Positions 16,045 to 25,310 are shown, counted from the stretch's first letter. The stretch: DNA of 63,114 bases from Nitrospinota bacterium (GCA_016207065.1 JACQQK010000149.1:1-63114); one strand, 5' to 3'. Program-made: numbers and translations. The notes: generated by a model from the sequence alone, not told the origin.

Positions 16045-17025
16045 TTATACGTAATTATTGTCTTTGAACCACCGGACCGCGCCTTCCAGGGCGTTCTCGA
16101 CGGCGTTTTGCGGCAAGCCCAGTTCGCGGACGGCCTTGGACGAATCGAAATACATGTGATGTTTCGCCATCTTGACCCCGCCCAGGGGCACGGCGGGCGG
16201 TTGGCCGGTGAAATAATCGGCCATCGTCTCGCAGATCCATCCCGCCGCGTATGCCGCCCAGTACGGCATTTTTATGCCAGGGGCCTTGAGCCCCGTAATC
16301 TTTTCCAAGGTCAACAGGATTTCGCGCAACGAGAGATTGCGGTTTCCGAGGATGTAGCGCTCGCCCGGCGTCCCCTTTTTTTCCGCCAGGATATGGCCGC
16401 GGGCGCAGTCCTTCACGTCGATCAGGTTCAGCCCCGTGTCCAGGTAGGCGGGCATTTTGCGCTTGAGAAAATCCAGGATGATTTTGCCGGTCGGCGTGGG
16501 TTTCAGGTCCCTGGGGCCCACTGGCGCCGCGGGGTTGACGATGACCAGCGGCAGGCCCTTTTCGCAAGACTCGCGGGCGGCCTGCTCGGCCTGGTATTTG
16601 GAACGCTTGTAATCGTTGCACAGGAGGGCGGGGTCGAACGGGGTCCGCTCGTTCCCCGGGACTCCGTTTCCGTTGAGCCCGATACACCCGACGGTGCTGG
16701 TGTAAACGACTTTTCTCAACCCCGCCGCGGCTTCCAGAATATTGCGGGTCCCGGCGACGTTGATGTCATAGATCGTCTTTTTGTCCCTGTCCCACAGGCT
16801 GTAATAGGCCGCCGTGTGATACAGGACGTCGCATCCGTTCAAGGCGCGCTCCAGCGAGTCCTTGTCCCGCAGGTCGCCGCAAACTCGCTCCACGTCCAGG
16901 TCGTCGATGTTCCGGGTGTCGGCATGGGGACGAACAAGGACTTTGACCCGTCGGCCGTCATCGATCAATTCGCGGACCAACGCCGAGCCAATAAACCCCG
17001 TGGTCCCGGTTACCAGAGTTTTCAT
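16045..17025 (-). CDS. NAD-dependent epimerase/dehydratase, HpnA-like (hopanoid-associated sugar epimerase / dihydroflavonol reductase-like)
   Basis: MKTLVTGTTGFIGSALVREL Rossmann motif and YKRSK catalytic motif; 326 aa from ATG 17025. The track ORF start at 17148 lies inside a family-A repeat. Confidence 0.8.
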   Translation of the reverse strand: MKTLVTGTTGFIGSALVRELIDDGRRVKVLVRPHADTRNIDDLDVERVCGDLRDKDSLERALNGCDVLYHTAAYYSLWDRDKKTIYDINVAGTRNILEAAAGLRKVVYTSTVGCIGLNGNGVPGNERTPFDPALLCNDYKRSKYQAEQAARESCEKGLPLVIVNPAAPVGPRDLKPTPTGKIILDFLKRKMPAYLDTGLNLIDVKDCARGHILAEKKGTPGERYILGNRNLSLREILLTLEKITGLKAPGIKMPYWAAYAAGWICETMADYFTGQPPAVPLGGVKMAKHHMYFDSSKAVRELGLPQNAVENALEGAVRWFKDNNYV

Positions 17026-17092
17026 TCGTGAAGTGTTTTCCGAAGGGTGAAAAGCCGGGTCCCGCCACGCTCTGGCGCGGGCAAGACATATT

Positions 17093-17155
17093 AAATCCCC
17101 CCAGCCCCCTTTAATAAAGGGGGGGGATCTGCCCCTCCCCTGTCGCAAGGGGGAA
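17093..17155. repeat. Family-A repeat fragment (solo terminal module)
   Basis: aaatccccccagccccctttaataaagggggggg... matches the right-end module of family A. Confidence 0.5.
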
Positions 17156-17181
17156 ATGCCTGACCAGAGATTGTCCGTCGG

Positions 17182-18240
17182 CTACAAAAACGTCTTTATT
17201 TTCGCCGTCTTCTTCAGTTGGTCCAAATAGGCTTTTCGTTTCGCCTCCACCTCTTGTTTGAGAAGGTAATTGAGGATGTCGGGCTTGGCTTCCGCGAAGG
17301 GAGTCATATGTTGCGGCGTTTTGGACGTCAATTTGACGACATGGTACCCGTAGGGGCTTTTGACCATGTCGCTGAACTCGCCGGGCTTCAGCTTGACCAT
17401 GGCGTCGGCCAGTTCGGGGATCAGGTTGTCCCGCGGCAGGGTCCCCATGGAACCGCCGTTGTTCTTGGTGGACTCGTCCTCGGAGTATTTTTTGGCGAGG
17501 TCGGCGAAACTCTCTCCTTTTTTCAACTTCTGGAGGACGGCGTCGATCTTGGAGCGCGCGGACTGGTCCAACTGCGATAAAATCCGCTGGGCCTTTTGCC
17601 GGGTCGCGGGATCGTCCGCCTTCCCTTCGTTTGGGGCGGCCGCGCTCGCGAAAATATGGCTCACCTCGTACATTTCCGGCTTCATGAAATACTGTTTGTT
17701 CTCGTTATAGAAGGCTTCGACCCGTTTGTCGTCGACGCTGGCCTTGGGGGCTATTTCCCGCCGGATGAACTCCTCCTCGACAAGTTTCCTTTCGATCTTG
17801 GTTTTCAAGGAAGCCACCGTATGGTTCTGGAAAGCCAGCGCGGACTTAAACAATTCCTCGCTGGGGAACTGCGCGCGGATCTGTTCCATCTCCTTGAGCA
17901 CGGTCTCCGGAGAAATCTGGACCTTCATCTCCTTGCTTTTCTGGTGAATCAGTTCCTCGTCGATGGCCCTGCCCACGACGTCCTTGATCAGCTTCTCCTG
18001 TTCCTTGGCATCGATCTCGCGCCCCTGGCGCTCCATGACCATCTTGTACGCCGCCATTTCGCTTTTCAAAGCCTGGGAGGTCACGTCCACGCCGTTCACC
18101 GTCGCGATGATGTCCGGCGCCGGTTTGTCGTTGATCTTCAGATCGTCCCCGGCCTTGGCGGTATCCGCGCCGACGGGGAGGGCGGAACCCATCGCCAGGA
18201 CCGCCGCCAAACCGAAAACAAAACTCATTGCCTTACGCAT
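17182..18240 (-). CDS. Periplasmic parvulin-type peptidyl-prolyl isomerase (SurA/PrsA-like chaperone)
   Basis: Signal peptide MRKAMSFVFGLAAVLAMGSA. The PPIC domain reads FADLAKKYSEDESTKNNGGSMGTL..GEFSDMVKSPYGYHVVKL. Confidence 0.85.
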   Translation of the reverse strand: MRKAMSFVFGLAAVLAMGSALPVGADTAKAGDDLKINDKPAPDIIATVNGVDVTSQALKSEMAAYKMVMERQGREIDAKEQEKLIKDVVGRAIDEELIHQKSKEMKVQISPETVLKEMEQIRAQFPSEELFKSALAFQNHTVASLKTKIERKLVEEEFIRREIAPKASVDDKRVEAFYNENKQYFMKPEMYEVSHIFASAAAPNEGKADDPATRQKAQRILSQLDQSARSKIDAVLQKLKKGESFADLAKKYSEDESTKNNGGSMGTLPRDNLIPELADAMVKLKPGEFSDMVKSPYGYHVVKLTSKTPQHMTPFAEAKPDILNYLLKQEVEAKRKAYLDQLKKTAKIKTFL

Positions 18241-18377
18241 TTTATAATCCCTTTACGAAACGATTGATGGATGAACCATGACGGAAAACTTTTACCACAC
18301 TGGCGGCAGGAAACATAGAACGGAAATTTTCGCGTCCGCGGCCGCAAACGGCCTTTCGGTTTATCGCGGAGCCCGGC

Positions 18378-18878
18378 TTAATTGCGAACGGGGAGATTGT
18401 CCGGCGTTGCCCACCTGACCGAGGCCACGTTGTGTTTAAAGCCGCTGTATGGCCGGTAAAAGACCCGATAGGCCCCGTCCTTTCCTTCCCGCCCCGGGAC
18501 TTCGACCCATGCGTTAGGCGGAAAAGCCTCGATGTCCACGATCCGGACTGGCAATCCGTCCTTCTTGACGATGGCCAGGAACCCCCGGTCCGCGCGGAAA
18601 TCCCGGCCGCCGAAAAGGGTGACCTCGGTCCCCGCCGGGCCCGTCAGGTCCGCGAAGTAATACCCGGATTGGTAGTCCAGGTTATATCCGCTGAAATCCG
18701 CCTTGTCTTCTTTTTCGCTCAGGGAGAGAAGTTCGGCGCAGTGACCGCACTGTCCCGTAAAATACGGGTCCTTCTTCCACAAAAGCAGTTCGGCCCCTTG
18801 CCGGTCCGCCGAAGCCTGGCCCCATACGGCGCCCAAAATAAAAATCGAGAAACACAAAAACAGAACGATTCTCTTCAT
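18378..18878 (-). CDS. Secreted hypothetical protein (166 aa)
   Basis: GGAGGG lies about 8 nt upstream of ATG 18878. The signal peptide is MKRIVLFLCFSIFILGAVWGQASA. No family recognised. Confidence 0.5.
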   Translation of the reverse strand: MKRIVLFLCFSIFILGAVWGQASADRQGAELLLWKKDPYFTGQCGHCAELLSLSEKEDKADFSGYNLDYQSGYYFADLTGPAGTEVTLFGGRDFRADRGFLAIVKKDGLPVRIVDIEAFPPNAWVEVPGREGKDGAYRVFYRPYSGFKHNVASVRWATPDNLPVRN

Positions 18879-19138
18879 GGAGAGTCCCTCCATTTGATTC
18901 GAATGGGAATTTTCGCGACCGCGTCCATCCGCGTTTCCGAAAAACCTTAAAACCTTTAATTCATTATAGGATCGGTCAAAGCGAGGTTCAAATGAAAAAG
19001 GTCCGGGCGGTCCCGGCCGGACCGGTGGACAATCGTATGCGGGCCGGTTCATGGCGATTAAAAAACTTGTCCGGCGGTCGCATAAATCCAGTATAATTTC
19101 CGGCATTGATCAACCATCGCTTTTCGAGAGGCGCAAAC

Positions 19139-20509
19139 GTGAACCCTGAAATCTTTCGCGAATACGATATCCGGGGCCTTGTCGGCAAGGACCTCACCCC
19201 TGAAACGGTCGAACTGATCGGCAAGGCCGTCGGCACCCATCTCAAACGCGAAGGCGGAAAAACGATCGCCCTGGGGTGGGACGTGCGCGCCAGTTCGGTC
19301 CAATTCCGCGACGTCATTTCGAAAGGCATCCTTTCCACGGGATGCGACGTCGTCGATATCGGCCTGGTCCCTACCCCCGTTTCCTACTTCTCGCTCCACC
19401 ACTTGGACCCCGACGGCGGCGTGATGATCACCGGGAGCCACAACCCGCCGGAGTTCAACGGTTTTAAAGTCAGCGTGGGACTTCACAGCCTCTACGGCAG
19501 GCAGATACGGCAACTGCTGGAGTTGATCCAAAAAGGCGATTTCGAGTCGGGGCAGGGGCGGATGACGCAACAGAACGTCGCCGACGCCTACATGGACAAG
19601 GTCTGCGAAAAAATCAAGCTGGCCCGGCCCGTCAAGGTCGTGGTCGACGGCGGGAACGGCTGTTTCGGCCTCGTGGGACCGCGACTGCTCAAGAAACTGG
19701 GCCTGAAACCGATCGAGATATACTGCGAACCGGACGGGACGTTCCCCAACCATCATCCCGACCCCACCATCCCCAAATACATGACGGACCTGGTCGCGAA
19801 GGTCAAGTCCGAAAACGCCGAGCTGGGCATCGGGTTCGACGGGGACGCGGACCGCATCGGCGTCGTCGACGACCGGGGCAACCTGCTGTGGGGCGACCAA
19901 CTGCTCATTTTGTTCGCCCGCGACATCTTGACGCGAATACCCGGGGCCACGATCGTGGGGGAAGTGAAATGCTCGCAAAACCTGTTCGACGACGTCAAGA
20001 AACACGGCGGCGTCCCGGTGATGGCCCCGGCGGGCCACTCGCTGATCAAAAAGAAGATGCGGGAGACCCATGCGGTCCTGGCCGGCGAAATGAGCGGGCA
20101 CATGTGTTTCGCGGACAACTTCTACGGCTTCGACGACGCCATCTTCGCCGCCTGTCGAATCCTGCGGATCGTCTCCTCCTCGACGCAAAAACTCTCGCAA
20201 ATGCTGGCGGACGTCCCGAAAACGTTCACCACGCCCGAAATACGCGTGGACTGCCCGGACAACCGGAAGTTCGCGATCGTCAAGGAACTCACGGAACATT
20301 TCCGCGCCAAATACAACGTGGTCGATATCGACGGCGCGCGGATCCTGTTCGACGGCGGGTGGGGACTCATCCGGGCGTCCAACACGCAACCCGTTCTGGT
20401 CCTGCGGTTTGAAGCCTCGACCCCGGCGAGACTCGCGGAACTGAAGGCCATCGTCCGCGACCGCCTGGTAACTTACGATAGCATAAAGAATTTAAACCTG
20501 GACGTATGA
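19139..20509 (+). CDS. Phosphomannomutase / phosphoglucomutase
   Basis: EIFREYDIRG, active-site ITGSHNPPEFNGFK, metal loop GFDGDADR and GEMSGH. The start is either GTG 19139 (GAGAGG RBS) or the track's TTG 19106. Confidence 0.9.
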   Translation: MNPEIFREYDIRGLVGKDLTPETVELIGKAVGTHLKREGGKTIALGWDVRASSVQFRDVISKGILSTGCDVVDIGLVPTPVSYFSLHHLDPDGGVMITGSHNPPEFNGFKVSVGLHSLYGRQIRQLLELIQKGDFESGQGRMTQQNVADAYMDKVCEKIKLARPVKVVVDGGNGCFGLVGPRLLKKLGLKPIEIYCEPDGTFPNHHPDPTIPKYMTDLVAKVKSENAELGIGFDGDADRIGVVDDRGNLLWGDQLLILFARDILTRIPGATIVGEVKCSQNLFDDVKKHGGVPVMAPAGHSLIKKKMRETHAVLAGEMSGHMCFADNFYGFDDAIFAACRILRIVSSSTQKLSQMLADVPKTFTTPEIRVDCPDNRKFAIVKELTEHFRAKYNVVDIDGARILFDGGWGLIRASNTQPVLVLRFEASTPARLAELKAIVRDRLVTYDSIKNLNLDV

Positions 20510-20886
20510 TCAAAAAATACCTGCATACCCGCTTCCGAGTCGCGGACCTGGACAAGTCCATCCATTTTTACGCCAAAATCCTCGGCCTGAAACTCCTCGA
20601 GCGGAAAACGTCGCCCCGCGGCTCCCAGCTCGCCTTCCTGCAGGCGCCGGGGACCGACAGCGAGATCGAACTCTGCTCGTTTCCGTCCAGCGGGAAGGTG
20701 GAGGTCCCCGAGGACCTCGTGCATCTGGCATTCGAGGTCGACGATATCGAGAAGTGCATGGCGGAACTCAAAAAGGCGGGATACCCCATCACCGACGGGC
20801 CCACGACGACAAGCGGGGGAACGATTTTTATCTTCACGGAAGACCCGGACCGGTACGAAATCGAACTGATGCAATGTCCGCCCTGA
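20506..20886 (+). CDS. VOC/glyoxalase I family protein
   Basis: HTRFRVADLDKSIHFY..LGLK..E..HLAFEVDDI...ITDGP....FTEDPDRYEIEL; 126 aa; ATGA overlap with the upstream gene. Confidence 0.8.
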   Translation: MIKKYLHTRFRVADLDKSIHFYAKILGLKLLERKTSPRGSQLAFLQAPGTDSEIELCSFPSSGKVEVPEDLVHLAFEVDDIEKCMAELKKAGYPITDGPTTTSGGTIFIFTEDPDRYEIELMQCPP

Positions 20887-20907
20887 TCGGAAAACCTCTA
20901 TCAGGGA

Positions 20908-21035
20908 GCTGAAAAACCATTTTATGGTTTTTTTATTGTCATTCCCGCGCATGCGGGAATCCAGCGTTTTGAATAAATTTCTGGATGCCCGCTTTCGCGG
21001 GCATGACGAATTTTGGCAAAAGGGACTTTTTCGGC
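20908..21035. mobile_element. MITE-like repeat, family C, copy 2
   Basis: Colinear with 5671-5802. Hairpins are attcccgc-gcat-gcgggaat and atgcccgc-tttc-gcgggcat. The ends are gctgaaaaacc... and ...ctttttcggc. Confidence 0.7.
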
Positions 21036-21041
21036 AACCCG

Positions 21042-21848
21042 CTATTTCACGATCAACCCGGCGTAGCCCACCACCTGGTCCATGTCGCCGCTGACCTCGC
21101 CCGAGGTCATGTACCTGACCAGTTCGCAGTCCCTGGCCCCCCTGTCCTTGCAACACGCGAGCATGACGGTGACGGGGTTGGCGCCGCACATGGATATGTC
21201 CCGGTCCCGCACGGTCTGGTACAGCCCGAGATCGTCCAGCTTTAAAATTTTATCGATGGCCAGGCGGTCTTTTTGCGAGGCGCTTTCGTGGGATTCGTAA
21301 TGGGTCATGTCGGAACTGGCCACGACGAGGACCGATTTCCTGTCCAACCGCTCGATCGCCGCCGCAATGGCCCCGCCCACTTCCCGGCAAACCTCGTAAC
21401 CGGTCCGCATGAGGCATATCGGGACGAACTTGAAGTCCTTGCGAAAATACTGCAGGAACGGGATCTGCACCTCTATGGAATGTTCGCGCAAGTGGGCCTT
21501 ATCGTCTTCCCGGATCGACGGCGAGGCCTTGAGGATCTCCCGCGCCAACTCCTCGTCGATTTCCACTTTCCCCATCGGCATGGCCCAACTGCCCTTGGCC
21601 ATGAGGGAGATGGGCTCCCCATATCCCGTATGGTTCGGTCCGACGATGACGACGGATTCGGGGACCTCGATTTTGGAATAGACGGAACCCGCGACGTCGC
21701 CCGAATACATGATGCCCGCATGCGGGGCCACCACGCCCATCGCCCGGACCTTGCCGCCGGGTTGCGGCAAATGCTCCTTGATCTCCTCCAGCAGGGCTTT
21801 CGGCTCGTCCGGATAAAACCTGCCGGCTACGGCGGGAGCGCGAACCAT
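21042..21848 (-). CDS. AmmeMemoRadiSam system protein B (MEMO1-like)
   Basis: RAPAVAGRFYP.....L...I......VVAPHAGIMYSG..AG..Y......VVIVGPNHTG....SSDMTHYE; 268 aa. Confidence 0.85.
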   Translation of the reverse strand: MVRAPAVAGRFYPDEPKALLEEIKEHLPQPGGKVRAMGVVAPHAGIMYSGDVAGSVYSKIEVPESVVIVGPNHTGYGEPISLMAKGSWAMPMGKVEIDEELAREILKASPSIREDDKAHLREHSIEVQIPFLQYFRKDFKFVPICLMRTGYEVCREVGGAIAAAIERLDRKSVLVVASSDMTHYESHESASQKDRLAIDKILKLDDLGLYQTVRDRDISMCGANPVTVMLACCKDRGARDCELVRYMTSGEVSGDMDQVVGYAGLIVK

Positions 21849-21885
21849 GACGATCCTCCTTCCCGTTTTCCCAACGCAAACGTTC

Positions 21886-21993
21886 CGGGCAACCGCCCGG
21901 AGGCAACGCGGCGACGACGCTGACGCGATCGCCGGAAAAAGTTCCCGCCTCGGCGTCAGCCGGAGGCGGCATCGGGTCCAGCGTTCACGCTGG
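21886..21993. repeat. Hairpin-rich repeat, family B; its terminal hairpin abuts the pcm stop codon
   Basis: Aligns with the inverted 1217-1300 and with 25375-25440. CCAGCG-TTCA-CGCTGG at 21978-21993 touches the pcm stop (21994-21996). Confidence 0.6.
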
Positions 21994-22620
21994 TTACTTC
22001 CGCACCTCGCCCGTCATGGGGACAAACACCACGCCGGTGATATATTCTTTTCGCACCCCGCCCTTTTCCCGGGTCAGGCGGAGCAAGTCCTGCGAGAACC
22101 AATAACCGCCCACCGGGGCGATCATCCGCCCCCCCATCTTGAGTTGGTCGAGAAGAGGTTGGGGAATTTGCGGGGCCGCGGCGGTGATCAGGATGGCGTC
22201 GAAAGGCGCCGCCTCTTTCCACCCGTGATATCCGTCGCCGTGCAGGACCTTGACGTTTTTATAGCCTAGACGGGCCAACCGTTCCCTCGCCTCGTCGGCG
22301 AGGTTTTTGACGATCTCGATGGTGTAGACTTCCTTGACGATCCCGGCCAATACCGCGGCCTGATAACCCGAACCCGTCCCGATTTCCAACACGCGGTCGG
22401 AGGGTTTCAACATCGCGCTCTGGGTCATGAGGGCGACGATGAAGGGCTGGGAAATGGTTTGGTTCTCTTTGATGGGGAGGGCGGAGTCGGCGTAGGCCCG
22501 TTCGATGTACCGCTCCTCCACGAACAGGTGCCGGGGGGTCTTGAGCATGGCTTTCAGGACCGCCTCGTCGGCGATGCCCCGGCCGCGCAGGTCCTCGTCC
22601 ACCATGCGTTTCCGTTCCAT
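21994..22620 (-). CDS. pcm: Protein-L-isoaspartate O-methyltransferase
   Basis: QTISQPFIVALMTQ, SAM motif VLEIGTGSGYQAAVLA and FDAILITAAAPQIP. It is 208 aa from ATG 22620. The track start 22806 overlaps the upstream gene, and a TTG start near 22677 is possible. Confidence 0.85.
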   Translation of the reverse strand: MERKRMVDEDLRGRGIADEAVLKAMLKTPRHLFVEERYIERAYADSALPIKENQTISQPFIVALMTQSAMLKPSDRVLEIGTGSGYQAAVLAGIVKEVYTIEIVKNLADEARERLARLGYKNVKVLHGDGYHGWKEAAPFDAILITAAAPQIPQPLLDQLKMGGRMIAPVGGYWFSQDLLRLTREKGGVRKEYITGVVFVPMTGEVRK

Positions 22621-22690
22621 GTCGAAATCGACCGGAAAGACCGGTTTGGGCCCCAGGAACACGGCGGAAATCAGGGACAAAAGAATGGCC

Positions 22691-23059
22691 TTATAAGATA
22701 ATCCCGTGGTCCCTGAGCCAGGATTCGTCGTTAAACCGTTCGTTGATGTATTCCTGGAATGCGATTTCGTTCTTCGTAAGCTTTTGGCCGTCGATATATT
22801 GTTCATACTCTGAGGCCTTCTTTTTTCTAGGACGCCTGGATGGTTTCCTGACCGGAGTCTCTTCCGGAGCGTTCGACTCCAAAGCCCCCATTAGGCTTTG
22901 CAAATTGAGGACCAGGACCATGAAACTCCGCGGACAAATATTTTCCTTCTTTTGAATGTCCCCGACAATCTTCCGCACTTTCTCCGATTTCATTACCGCC
23001 TCGGTGATCGCCTTGGATAATCTTTCAAAATCGCGTTCGAAATGGTTGGATTCGGGCAC
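22691..23059 (-). CDS. Hypothetical protein (122 aa), low-GC, basic central linker
   Basis: GTG start preceded by a strong AGGAGG (spacing about 5 nt). Codon usage is AT-rich. No family recognised. Confidence 0.55.
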   Translation of the reverse strand: MPESNHFERDFERLSKAITEAVMKSEKVRKIVGDIQKKENICPRSFMVLVLNLQSLMGALESNAPEETPVRKPSRRPRKKKASEYEQYIDGQKLTKNEIAFQEYINERFNDESWLRDHGIIL

Positions 23060-23401
23060 GAAATCCTCCTTTCTCCCAATGGTCCGTCTTTATTTCAAGC
23101 GTCCAGACAACGTTAAATTATACCTACATTTAAGTTAGACTCGCAAAAATTTATTGTCAATACCGCCCGCCGGTCCGGCTATTCTAAAATGGCCTGTCAA
23201 GCAGGCGGGATTTTTCCGTAGAGAGGAAAAAAAACCACTGAAAGCCGCAAAATTTCAATCACAACGCGGACCGTTTCCTTGAATGTCGCCAAGTAAATGT
23301 TTTTCTTGGTCTTTTTTTTAAATTTATGTTAAAAGTATAGGGGAACATCTTAAAACCCAAGTAACCTCAAAATAATGAACAAGTTAGCGTGTTATTGAAT
23401 A

Positions 23402-25267
23402 ATGCTTAAAGATCAAAAGAGACTCCCCCGTGTACAGGAAAACTTTGCGCGTTTACAAGGTTTGCTCGCCCAATACGCGGAAAAAATCAAGTCCTCTCCG
23501 GATATCGACCCGCTCCACAAGGATTCTCCCGAAGCGGAACGATCCCATCTATTGTCCATTATACAGGGTCATCAAAAAAACCTCGCCGGCATTCTCGACC
23601 TGGTGGAAAAAAAATCCCGGGAGAACCATCAAACGGGCCCCGGTCTCCTGGCCAACCTTTTAAAGATCGACGAAAACCTCCAGCAAACCCGAAGCGATAT
23701 TGAAATGATCGCCGAGAACCAATACGCCTGTAAACTGGAGCTTTATAAACAGGAAATCATCCTCGCGCTGGAGGACCTGACGGAGCAATTCGACTTCATC
23801 GTCCCCGGCATACGCAACGAAATGCTTTACCTGGAAAAACATTACCGAATCCCGGCGAACATATCGAACTCGATTCTGCCCCACCTTCAGGGGTTGCTGG
23901 CCGATTTCGAGAAACGCCGGATCAACCTCAAGGATTTCATTAACGGGTATGAAACTTCCGAAGGCTGGGTTTACGGTTATAACGACCTGAGAAGTTTCAA
24001 CAATGTGTATTCAAAATATCAATATTACGACCACGGCCAGGAAACTTACAAGGAAATCAACAACTGCGTTTATGAGATCTGTTCCGCCATCGAACCCCTG
24101 CTTTACGAAAAGAAAGAAGAAGATGCGGAACTGAAAAAGTTCTTCGTCCAATTGATCGAAAACAAGGGGCAAAAGATCGCCGCCATGAAGGACATCTTCG
24201 AGTATCAGGCGACCTTCCGCTCTCTGCTGGTAAAAATCGGCAGGAAATTTTCCTTCCGCGAGGAATTTAAAAAGGCCAAGTCCCTGATCGACCTGTTTTT
24301 TGCCATGCAAAAGTCCCTCGTCTGCTACAACGACGCCGAACTCGCCAAAACGCAAAACGAACTGGCCCAGGTCCTTACCGGAAAAGAGGAAATAAGAAAA
24401 TCCCAGGCAATCCTGGAAGAGCTAAAAACCTGCATCGAGGAAAAGTCCGCGCCCTTTCACCGCATCGAATCGGCGTTCGCGAAACTGGCCGGCAAGGATT
24501 TCAACATCGTCGTCCAGGAAAAGGACGTGGAGGACCTGACCATCAAAATCACCCCTTACCTGGAGGAAAAATTCGGGAAAAACCTCCTGGAAAGGATCAA
24601 TATCGTCATCCAGGAAATCGACTTCTGGTATCCCTCCGAGAACAAGCAACTCCTGTTCCGGGACCTGGCCGAAAAAACCAAACTGATTCAATCGGGGGAG
24701 GCCAACAAGGAGTTCATCGGGCTGATACAAAAATACGACCAGGAAATAGAAAAGAACATCCGGAAGACCTATCCCAGTTGGATCAACACTCTGAATGCCG
24801 TGGCGGACAATTTTCAGAACGCGTTCGCCGATAAAATCGCCCGCGAACGGCTGGAAAAAAGGCTGGTGAACAAGGAAATCTGGAACGATATCAACCCCAA
24901 GTTCCGCAAGGCCAAGGCCGGCATGTCGATCCTGAGCTCGGACAACGCCACGCTGAAGGAGAACGTGAACAAATTTCCATTCATAAAACAGGCCCTGGAG
25001 GAGTTTTGTCAGTTGTTCTACGACCTGTCCATGCAGTTGTTCGTCCTATACAAGGGGCTGGATCCCAGAAGCATTTTCAACATGACCAACATCCTTTCGA
25101 CGTTCAACGAGTTCCACGACCTCAAAAGCCTGTCGGCGACGTTCAATCATTATTTTCAAAAGGGCGTCATCAATAACTTCCACGTCAACGAACGGGTCCT
25201 GATAGAACAGACGCAAAACCCGTTCTGTAAAGCCAAGCTCCAGAAGATCGTCCCCGAGGACGCCTGA
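23402..25267 (+). CDS. Hypothetical 621-aa all-helical cytoplasmic protein, low-GC, no recognisable domain
   Basis: It is the only long ORF in any frame across 23.4-25.3 kb. It is rich in K/E/L/I/N/F with coiled-coil-like stretches, has no TM, signal or P-loop motif, and its composition differs clearly from its neighbours. Confidence 0.65.
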   Translation: MLKDQKRLPRVQENFARLQGLLAQYAEKIKSSPDIDPLHKDSPEAERSHLLSIIQGHQKNLAGILDLVEKKSRENHQTGPGLLANLLKIDENLQQTRSDIEMIAENQYACKLELYKQEIILALEDLTEQFDFIVPGIRNEMLYLEKHYRIPANISNSILPHLQGLLADFEKRRINLKDFINGYETSEGWVYGYNDLRSFNNVYSKYQYYDHGQETYKEINNCVYEICSAIEPLLYEKKEEDAELKKFFVQLIENKGQKIAAMKDIFEYQATFRSLLVKIGRKFSFREEFKKAKSLIDLFFAMQKSLVCYNDAELAKTQNELAQVLTGKEEIRKSQAILEELKTCIEEKSAPFHRIESAFAKLAGKDFNIVVQEKDVEDLTIKITPYLEEKFGKNLLERINIVIQEIDFWYPSENKQLLFRDLAEKTKLIQSGEANKEFIGLIQKYDQEIEKNIRKTYPSWINTLNAVADNFQNAFADKIARERLEKRLVNKEIWNDINPKFRKAKAGMSILSSDNATLKENVNKFPFIKQALEEFCQLFYDLSMQLFVLYKGLDPRSIFNMTNILSTFNEFHDLKSLSATFNHYFQKGVINNFHVNERVLIEQTQNPFCKAKLQKIVPEDA

Positions 25268-25310
25268 GCCCGCCTTCAAACGGATATTGCGCGACGAAAA
25301 GAATGGAATG

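Noticed and set aside
19106-19138. Track TTG start 19106 for phosphomannomutase, and TTG starts for msrP (52797), the cytochrome (55177), the thiolase-like gene (44577), the DUF35-like gene (43162) and the RDD gene (61144).
   Set aside because: In each case a nearby in-frame ATG or GTG with a better-placed purine-rich RBS gives a family-typical N-terminus. The upstream starts remain possible and are noted in the feature evidence.
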